A DNA stretch of 64,000 nucleotides. Source: Trichoplax adhaerens (lineage: Eukaryota; Animalia; Placozoa). A program made the translations under genes and the position numbers. The notes beneath the pieces are model-generated. The model worked only from the letters and a program-made list of their open reading frames with translations, was not told the DNA's origin and did not search any database. The stretch covers positions 10,494-74,493 of the forward strand of contig NW_002060947.1 in assembly GCF_000150275.1 (NCBI RefSeq), in the 5' to 3' direction. Positions 53,814 to 64,000 of this stretch are shown piece after piece. Each line of letters begins with the position of its first letter. Positions within the stretch are counted from its first letter, which is position 1.

Positions 53814-56800
53814 TTACTTGTAAACAGGTAATACACAGTGTAAGCCATGATTAAACTTATTAACTTCTGGCGTACTCGTATGCATAGGAGTCGGTCTTCG
53901 AGAGGAGATACATCTTAAATGAACATTGTGATTAACTACGTAGAGCTCCAGAGGGTCAACTTGACTTAGTACTGTGATAACTTGCCTATAGTAACAATAA
54001 AATTGAGTTAAAATTGTGATGCAAATAATAGACCTCCTTTAAATGTTTCACTTGTAGATCTGATATAAATCATCTTCAATTAGAAAGATAGATTTAACAA
54101 CATATTATAACCACAATATCATAGTCAATTATAAAAAATAGTAAGGGTATATTGACGCATATCGACAATTTACCGTGTCTTTGGAGGAAGGCAATCAACT
54201 GTTAATAATCCACCACGAGTCGACACTAGGTTCTGGCTACCAGAACAATCGCATTCAATATAAAATGATGAATTAGCAGTACCATTTTCCGCAGTCATGA
54301 TCAATCCGCCCATATTGTCCATAAGATATGAACACTTTAATGTTTGAGGTAGATTCGCTATCTAAAAATCAGAAAATGTAAGTATAAGTAATGTCATGCT
54401 AGGCTATAAATTGAAAATTTAGGTTATATTAATATTATATTACTTCGTGCTGCTTTCCATATTTTTCAACCATCAAGAATAAGGCATTTGCAACAAAACT
54501 TGATGTATTTTCTACCTCATCTACTTGAATGACCTTGGAAGAATGCAAGGCTAAAACATACTTCGATTGTTCACTCAATAATAAATTTTCATCTAATAGC
54601 AATAATAAATTACAGTTAGTCTCGGTGAAATTTCAGCAGATATAACTAACTATATCTGACTTCAAAGATTTAACATTCATTATGCATAAGTACAAATTCA
54701 TATATTTTTAGATCTCTTACTGGATAAATTTGTTAGCGAGCAAGTTTGCATAATAATGGAGAGGTTTTGAAACGACAGTGTTATAGCAATATATAAACCA
54801 GGTTCAAGTAGAGCATGGCAGTTTAAGTAAGCGTGATATCTTCTTTCACTTTTAACAACACAGTGCAAAATTTCGCCTGTTACAGAATCACATTTGTAAA
54901 CTACTACCACAGCGTCCAATATATCAACATTTGATTTATTTCCTACGGCTCTATAAATTGAAAGAAAATTTATGTATAGATTTTACGTTAGGAAATTGCA
55001 ACTACAATTTAACCCACGAAATTTTAGCCAGCACACCTGAGGTTATCTTGGTATAGAGAAAATTCTACTTCTGATGTTTCAAAGACAGCAATTTGGTGGC
55101 ACTTTACAACATTACCAGTCATTGGTAAAGAAAAATGTCCCGAAATCCTGTTTTCCATCCAACTCGGATTTACTTTACATACATCAACACTTTCAAAATA
55201 TCTGAGGCATAAGCAAAGAATACAGTCAAGGCTAATACGGGCGTTGATATTTTAATGGCTGCTATAAGAAATTTTACTGTCCAATGGGTTATACTCTCAA
55301 GCGCAAATTAGACTCCGCCAGTTTATGAAAAAGTTGTTAGAATACTTCGCTGGAACTGTCTTACTGATTTATTAAATACTACTAAACACTTTCTATATAA
55401 GAAAATTTGGAAATTAATCGCATTCTTGGGTAACACAGACCGAAAATAGGTCAGCGTTTATGTAGATTGGCGATTTTCATGTAATATCAATAAATTACAG
55501 AATAATCACGAAATTACATAAAGGTTGACCTTTTTCGATTTATGCTACCATAGAATGAGGTTCATTTTGAAATTTTTTATATAGAAGTGTTTAGTAGTAT
55601 ATAATGCATCAAGTACAATAGTTCCAGCGAAGTATTCTTGAGATCTTTCAAAAAGTAGCGGGGTTTAGTGCACATGTACATGGAAGATATATACCGAACT
55701 TAATAACAGGTGATAAAAGGCTTGATCTCATCTGGGTAAATATACCTCATAAAATCATCAAATGACATCCAAAATATGCCTTCTTCACTACCATGAGGAA
55801 GCAATTTATTACGTAAACTTATTGTCCAAAGAGGTGAATCATCAGACCAATCGCCATTCCAGGAACAACGTTTCCACGGATTGCGTAGCCTTACTAGTCT
55901 AAATTTTAAAGTAATATCGATGTAGAGTTATCGATTATTGTCTGACATGGAAACATCATTAGGTTTTCATTTGATCTAGAAGATACATGTCCACCTATTC
56001 ATATTATTCCTTTACCTGATTCCATTAATGTCTTGTACATCAAGAAGCGAGTAAGCATGGTTGGGTTGTAAACCAACTTGGTGATATTCTGTTGCATTTA
56101 TACTGCTATTTAAGCAACCACACGATGAACCCATCAAAAAGCTATACCAACATTTTAAATAAATAATTAATTAATCAGTCGAATGATAAATAATACGCTA
56201 ATTTTACGCGGAGATATGGTTATTTCATAACTTTATAGCTACCTAGCTTCTTTACAACTTAATAAACGGGCCCAGATTAAATCCTTATCGATATCAGGAG
56301 AATAACTACTTATTGTTTCTGAAAAGTAAGAACCAGATTGTACGGTTAATGAATAAATTTCATTATTAAGTATGATATGCATATAACATTATCAATTTAA
56401 ATTTAGATTGTGACCAACTTTGTAATTTAATCATTTCACAAGGAGCTCCAGTAAGTGTAGCTAGACCTTCAATACAACGACCAGAAGATAATGCTTCATA
56501 GCATCCATGCATCTTAGCTAAAGCCTTTTCAATAAATGGAACCCATAATTGATTTCTTTCAGCCTAAAGAAGTAGCTGACTATTAAATAATCGCAATTAT
56601 CCACATGACTTTTAATAATACAAGTATTGCTACGACTAAACTAATTATCATCGCTATGCGACTTGTACTGCGATCAGTATAGTTACATACTTGAGAATAG
56701 ACTAAATGCCCGTATTCATCACACGGAAGGAAATCATCGATAAGAATGATATTCCAACGACCATTATTGCATAATCTGACTTGATATACACCTTCGTTAT

Positions 56801-59090
56801 TAATCTAAGAAATAAAAAATATTTAGATTATCAGTTAAATTTTCAAATAACATCTAATCATATCAATATCACGAGCTAACTCGGTACGTAGAATTACATT
56901 CTGTTGTATTTGATAGAAACTATTTTAAGCTATTTTGTTTACGCTATGGTAACATATCAAAAAGTGAAATTTCTCATGTACCTCAGGCGTGATCATGACC
57001 TGTTGGACCAGTTCTGGTCGCTCAGCTAAAACAGCTAAGGCGCTCAAGAACCTATCAAAAAATGCGTACAGTACAGTGGTCAATTACGTCTAGCCATTGG
57101 TGTTGGCGTTGGGTAATAATCGTAATATATTACTCTTTACCAGCAATTGCCTAAAACTCCTTGCTTGATATCGGATGGTAACGGGGTACGAAAAATGGAC
57201 CATTTAACTTGATGCTTTGCTAAAAAACTTTTGAAAGTTGCTTGCATTGCTGACATATTAGCAGGTCTAAGCCAATTATTAACTCTTGCTCCAAGTCTAG
57301 ATCTTCCATCTCGATATAAAGCTTTGGCATTAGGTAAAAATGAATCGTCGGTAAACTGCCATTTATTCTATAAGCATCATAAAAACGAAATGAATCGTGA
57401 CTTGTGAGTATGCGTACATAATATTACGATCATAATTTTATTGGACAACAAATCACAGAGTATACTTGTCGGTAACTTAGCCATTATTCACGATCTACCT
57501 TATTGCAAGTATTGATAATATTATTAAATTGCGCCTTTGCAACCGCTTCATCTTTAATACGTTGCTCTTCCATTGATATCCCACCGGTATCTTCATCGAC
57601 AATTATATCGGTTGTCATGGATGCGGTTGCCGGTTTATCAGCAATGGCGTTTTTACTCACAGCTGTTATACGTTGATTGCCACAAATCGTGCATACTTGT
57701 GTTGTAGCATTATTGATGAAGGTACATTGTGAACACTGCCATTGATCAACTACATTCAAAGAATACAAGGCAAATTAAAGGATTAATGATGAATAGGATA
57801 CTTTTCCATTGAAGCAGCGTTAACAAACCTTCAGTTTTAATGGATGCTTTATCTGCTTCCTTGTGGTTGAAAGCGTGTCCACATGCCTGGCAATAGTTAC
57901 CGGTGTTTATTAAAGTACATCTCGGACATTTCCACCCTAGATCTACAATTTGTACTCTATCATCAGCATTATAGTGTTTATCTCTTGGAGTATCACAACG
58001 GATACATCGTTTATCGTAATTCTTATTAGCACATTTACAGTGGATGCAAGTCCACGACGAGTCATGCGATGATTGAATTGTTGATTCTTTTTTATCTTTA
58101 TGAAGGTTATGATTGGTGACTGGATGATTGATACTACTGTTGGCTTTACTGTGGATGCTCTTAGCAGTGGTTGAGTTAGTTGTACTCCTTGTCTTCATCG
58201 CTTGATGACAAACACCACATGTTAAATTGGCCGATAAGTTAATGCTGTTACAGGATGGGCATTTCCACTGGTTTCGTTCAACTTTTTGTTGTTTCATTTT
58301 AGAAATCATCAATTCATCGGCACAAGCATAGTCTATCATTTAAGATACATGTAGCATGAATGTATTGAATGATAATGTAGAGAGTAACCTTTTAAGCAAC
58401 ATGGAATTAATTATTAGAGACTGTATCGTTGGGATAAAGCAGGATTAACTTCACTGCAATATCGGCGGATGATGTACAACATCAAAGGATTTTACATCAA
58501 TAATAATTAATTATAACGATCAGCAATGAAGATGACTCCTATACTCTTGAACTATTTTAGAAAAATTTCAAGTTTTCGGTTCACTACAGTTACATAGTTT
58601 AATGAAATATTGGCAGAACTACGTTCGATCTACTGGCCAGTAGTAAAATTCCCGAAGCCTAACATTGGCTAAGGATTCATTGAATGAAGCTTATCGATCC
58701 TGCAATATTTAATTCTTGATTGACGAACGCGTATAGTAAGTCTATGACTACTATCACTAAAATTATAAATAAACGATTCGTTGTATCTGTCGACCCTTTT
58801 AACAAGAGTACCAAGCATAAAAGCACACTACTCTTGGTGCTTCCATCTTGCGATAACAGAGTCAAAGGAGAAACTACGGTATACTGTATCCTAAAGTAGT
58901 CTATCGATGTACCTTCCTGACTGGAATGGAAATGATCCTCACCAGCACTTCTCAGCATCGTACATGCTTGGCAATTCCTCACGCTGTCTTTATTGAGTGT
59001 TCCGCATGTACTACAGAGCCAGTCGTCCTTTTTATTCCTTGCGTAGGGTGCTTGAATACCATCGGCGATATTTTTGAATAATTTCTTCAT
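53814..59090 (-). CDS. CAPN15: Calpain-15 / small optic lobes homolog, multi-exon
   Basis: Five RanBP2-type zinc fingers (WxCxxCxxxN...CxxC); catalytic QGVLGNCW|FLSAL, NHAYS and LRNPW; C-terminal SOL-like domain with VSTRG and RQVITVLSQ. Confidence 0.93.
55270..55728. repeat. Long imperfect hairpin (~200 bp arms, 8-nt loop) filling a CAPN15 intron (55202-55745)
   Basis: 55339-55357 is the exact reverse complement of 55620-55638; pairing continues to the apex tgtaat-atcaataa-attaca (55480-55499). Confidence 0.9.
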
Positions 59091-60084
59091 CTTGATAAAG
59101 TTCAGCGATGTGGCACTGCACTATTTACGACATGATCAGTTGAAATGTTTTGCCATTTTCTTACGCTAGAATTTGTTTAGTTTCCAATCGATTCGTCATC
59201 ATGAAGTCATCGCAAATGGATCGATTCGTCTCAGTACGGTTCGGTACGGTACTGAAAGAACTTGTCATGCCAGTGATAAGGTGACTGATTCAAGTGGTAC
59301 ACTACCCTACAAAACACACTCATGCTGGGTAGCTTCTGACAAGTGCTACTGTCGCTTTCCCAGTCAGTCTACCAACTACGCACTTTACTGAATAGACTTC
59401 CGCAGGCAGGTACAAGCGTCTGTCTGGCTGTAGACAGGTTGCAACAGCAATCCATCGCCAATCCGACACGATATAGTATTTATTAATTAAATTATGATTT
59501 ATTATTATTCTATGGAAAAAGAATCAAATGACTTTGACTGTATAGGCAATTGGATTTAATTGGGTGCGATTAACTTTATACTCATCACGGCAACTTCATT
59601 TTAGCCAAATATTCATTTTACTTGATACATAAAGTGATAAATTGAAGTATTGTATTCAATCAAACAAGTACGTAAGTAAGGTATGTCAAATACGCAGGCT
59701 TTGCTATTTGTTGTCATGGCCTATAGGATCGATCCAGACCATTTTAATAAATAGGATTATCATTATCGTCACTACTGTGCACAGTGTACAAGTAGTGAGC
59801 AGTCTGTACGGTAGTAGTGCATTTCCGCACTTTGATCACACACCCCGGTGTAGTCTATACGACGCCTTGATCGCCATCACAACGCTTTCATGTCAGTGGA
59901 AAAGAGTCGATGGACAGCACTGCGCAGTATACCAACCTGTAGCCCCATAGGGATAAATGGAAAAGTCTGATTGATCTCCAGGAGTATAATAACGTATTTA
60001 TCCCCCTACGGATATCCAGTTATCAATGGATGTCCTCGTAAAGTAAAAGTATGCATTAAGGTGGAAGTACAGACAGATAGACTC

Positions 60085-60450
60085 AGCTACACTTGTACAC
60101 TATCAGTACACTGTACAAGTGTACAGTAATGTACAGTACTGTATAACATCCTACAGTATAAAATAATATAGAATATACAGTACTGTAGATCATAAAGGTA
60201 TTGAACCGAACCTTTCTTACAGTAGGTCTAATATAGATGCTATTACAGTAATCTCTGGTACAGTACCGTACGCGATTGCACAGTACAAATGCTGTATACT
60301 GTACACTGTACACTGTACTGTACAGTCGTGTGAGTGTACAGTACAGTACTATACAGTACAGTACTCCACTATACTGTACTGTACAGTACTGTACACCCTA
60401 CCGTACTATACACCGTACTGCGCTGTACTATACAGTACACTGCACTGCAC
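60085..60450. promoter_or_regulatory. (GTACN)n array upstream of the securin-like gene, in the region divergent from CAPN15
   Basis: About 350 bp dominated by tacag/tactg/tacac/taccg pentamers, ending ~110 bp before ATG 60558. Confidence 0.6.
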
Positions 60451-60557
60451 GTCATTGCGGCAATTTTCAAAATCGTCAGTCGGTTGGTTTTTGCAGCATC
60501 GTTCTCCATCGACAAAACTGTAAATATCGTCAACACAAGCAAATCGTTGTCAAAATC

Positions 60558-61587
60558 ATGTCTAGTCAAGCTCAGCGGAAAGAAAATTTACATGCTACTC
60601 GGCCTCTTCAAGGTTCGGTTCATGGGTTGATGAGTTTAATTTGGATTGAAATTAGCCTGTACAATGCAAGTAGCTGTATTGCTGTGTACTGATGTCTTTT
60701 TCAATGACTTGCTTATTGATCGATCGATAGGAAAGCAACTTCTATCCAATCAGTCATCAACGAAACGTAGGGCCCTAGGAGATATTGGAAATGATACAAA
60801 ACTAAGAAAACAGGCTTTACCTAAAAAGCATAATGTACCTCTTGGCAATGTCATGAAAAAAGAAGTCAACGCTGTTCGTGATACTACAATCGACTATGAC
60901 TGTGAAATCGAGAAACCATCATTTCCGTTAACTGGTTCGTATACTGTAGTATGTACTGTATAGTACAACTAAAAGTTGCATTAATAAGACTCGGTGTAGT
61001 TTGCCTTGAAGTGCAATGTTAATAACGTGTATTATTAAATTGTGTTACACATTGAATGTCTGCATGTACTGGAATACATTGAATTCATGGAATGGACTAC
61101 AGTAATCGATGAAGAGGAAAATTTTGCCCCTCCAACTTTCTTTCCCAACGTTAAAACTCGTGTAACATTAGACTTTGTCAGGACTTCACCGTGCAACTCA
61201 AGCAATACGCTTGCATTGGCTGATTCTAATTGGGAACCTAATTTATTGGAACTTATCGGTATGCTTGCTATTTTTAAGCTGTAAAACATTCAATTATTTC
61301 TTTATTTTTACGCTTGAATCTGTCCAATAATTTCACTTAATGCACTTCCTAAGAAATCAACTATAGTCACCTAATAGATGATATGTTGTTGAATAGTCTT
61401 ACTAATTACGTGTTGAATATCGTGGATGAAAATATATTTGAATACTGTACTCTGAAATGTTAAAATGACTTCAGGTTCGACAAGTGCCCAAGATAGCATG
61501 ACGTTGTGTCCTGTCAATGAAGATGATGATCTGGACGGTGATGACTACAGTCAGCTAAGATTATCGGATATTGACTTTGAAATGTAA
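60558..61587 (+). CDS. Securin (PTTG1)-like APC/C substrate (exons 60558-60612, 60731-60934, 61103-61258, 61475-61587)
   Basis: KEN box (RKENL), D-box (RRALGDIGN), YDCEIEKPSFP, NWEPNLL and an acidic tail; small and without a cyclin box. The last exon is less certain. Confidence 0.7.
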
Positions 61588-64000
61588 TCTGTGTACAGTA
61601 CATACCCTCATTTCCAATATTATATCAGTTAGTGTACTATAAATCATAAGACTGATAGTGATATCACTTTACTCTCTACTTTTACATAGTCTACTAAGTA
61701 ATGTGGCTTAATGTCAATTTATTAACTGCTTGATGAACTACAAGTAAACGTTTTTCAATATTGCAATTTGTAGTTTACTCACTACTACTTTAAATCGGAC
61801 AAAGCAGTGTTTAGAAATAACTAGTTTTCTTACCGAAAACCCTGTACAAAATCGATATGACTACAGAAAACATTTATTTATTATTGTACAGCTATATGTG
61901 TGATTTAAACTATTACCAGAGGATATATACTGTATTTGCTGCAGAAACAACATCAAAGTGGTCATCAATGATTCATTTTGTTCTAGTTAATCCATGCTTC
62001 TACTTGTGTGTCCCATCAAACGTAATACTTTGGTTGAGAAATCATTGGATGATTGATCAATCCGACATAGCTATGCCTAATATATATCTATCTTTATCTA
62101 CTATACTTAAATATTGTCTGTTTGAAGGAACAATTGCCTTCTTTTTCCAATGTGCATTACAATGACACTTTAACCGATAAACCATTTGCAAAGCTTGAAC
62201 TTTTGATAAATGTAAATTCAACTTTAAAATGAATTGATGATTTATTGCACTCGATTGCAAATAACTGTTCCAATTTTGTCTACATGATTTAAAGCGTGTA
62301 TTTATTATGTATAAATAAGGCGGTAGTGAACTGCCCGGTACATTTTCAATAACTAGTTATTAGGCTATATTGATGCTGAATCAAATTAGGCATTGCTGTT
62401 TTACATAAATCAGGAAAACTGATGCAATGCACGTTTACTCATAGCAGGAACAAGTAATAATCATTTTTTTACTTGAAACAACAACAGTAATATATCATGA
62501 GCAAATCAGGCTAGTCGTAATTGTATGTTGCTTCCTTCTATAGTACTTCACTGATAATTACATAGTGTGTTATATTGTCATCCAGTTATTCGGACTCACT
62601 TCTCCGTCTACCCGGGTAGCCTTTATTTTGTAGATTGCAGGTACTCGGATCATGTTTTATTCTTCTGGTTATTATGTGCAATTGCATTAATGTAATTGGA
62701 TCATCTCAGTATTGCATATATGTATTTAATTTATTGATATATATATATATAGACTTATACAGTATAGGCCACGTATAATCCACATCACACGGCCAGGCAC
62801 TAGACTTAATTGGGCACTCGGGTCTGCAAGCAATTCAGAATGTTACTGTACACTGTACATTATGTCGGTATTAGAAAACGACAATAATCGTGCAGTAGTA
62901 TCGTGCGATGCTGTATCGTGCGATGCTAAAACTAAAATTATAGCCAGTACTATAAAACTTTGATACGAATCAAGATATTTAATACTAATCATGTCAGTGC
63001 TGGTAGACTGAATTATTAAGGTATGATAGTGCACTAAGCATAACATCTGTTAATATTACCAGAACTTTTATTCGCACAGTATGGTGTGCGGGTTCGGCTG
63101 CTGTAGCTAGTTGTACAGTAATCTAGACCCGATCATGGTCTACAGTGCACACTGTTCAGTATGTTCTAGTAATAATCTATGTACCATATTAAAAAGTGAA
63201 GTTGAACGAGTGGGTACTAGCTAACTCGTACACTATAAATATTAAATATTACCAGCAATACTGGTGAAAGTTTCATCGTCTATTTTAAAAGCGTCAAACA
63301 CAATACGTTTAAACGTATTACTGGAAGTATGATTTGAGAATTATAATACCTTGATTTTTATCTATAGGCGCTACTTTTCCAATTCAATTATCGATGACAA
63401 GTTGAATGAAGTACCTATGTAATCCCCTTTCATTCGATAGGTGTGAATAGTAAAGACTACTATACGAGTAAAACGCTTGAAAAATATACAAATCATTACG
63501 GACTGTATTATGTCTGATGGTCGGTTAGAACCTATTAGAATTTTGGATCCATTTTTACACCATTGCACTATCGAACGTTTGACAGTGTACCGGGCTTGGA
63601 GGATTTGCTGCAGACACTTTATCGTATTAACTTCACTTTAATCTACGTTGGATTGATTGAACGCTGCAAAATAACAACTATAATTCCACTCTCGTAATAT
63701 CCAATTTGCATTGATATCGTTTCATCTACAAGGTACTACTGTAGTGTACCGTTACTACAGTATAGTATAACGTGATTAATTTTCTTTCCGATAAATCGGT
63801 GCATGTCTTTGTGATCAATTTTTACGACGAATTCTATAAAATTTATATGAGACGAAAGACTGATATAAATTTGACTCCAAACTGGTCCTTCCATTTATTC
63901 CATTTTTTCCTCATTTGAACCGAAATTCATCCCATCGTACAGTACACTGAATCAACAATATAGTATGGAAAACGGACAGACAGACATCAAGTTACGGTAC

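Noticed and set aside
63371-63900. Short minus-strand frames with faint KH-like text (KIDHKDMHRFIGKK)
   Set aside because: No GxxG loop and no convincing exon chain within the window.

Overview
AT-rich, intron-dense animal genomic DNA. Compact introns, an intronless divergent class A GPCR and abundant TACAG/TACTG repeats suggest a placozoan such as Trichoplax; this is an inference. Gene order: a ~5.1 kb near-identical tandem unit (1.35 kb imperfect fold-back plus GPCR; second copy interrupted by a gap), CEP126-like (+), CEP162-like (-), GPN2 (+, AT-AC U12 last intron), a decayed multi-exon gene (-), actin 1 (-), a GPN2 pseudogene, a small secreted-peptide candidate, an Rpr2/RPP21/RMP24-family gene (-), PGAP2a (+, U12 intron), actin 2 (-) with a CArG-box cluster upstream, a triplicated ~420 bp promoter unit, PGAP2b (+, U12 intron), calpain-15/SOL (-) with a long intronic hairpin, and a securin-like gene (+). 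The two most interesting non-genic signals: (1) long, nearly gap-free imperfect hairpins with G:U/U:U-type mismatches, candidate hairpin-RNA or dsRNA loci, two of which share an 18-nt motif; (2) phased (GTACN)n arrays at the 5' ends of most genes. Exon boundaries were read by eye and gene names come from recalled protein motifs; no searches were run.
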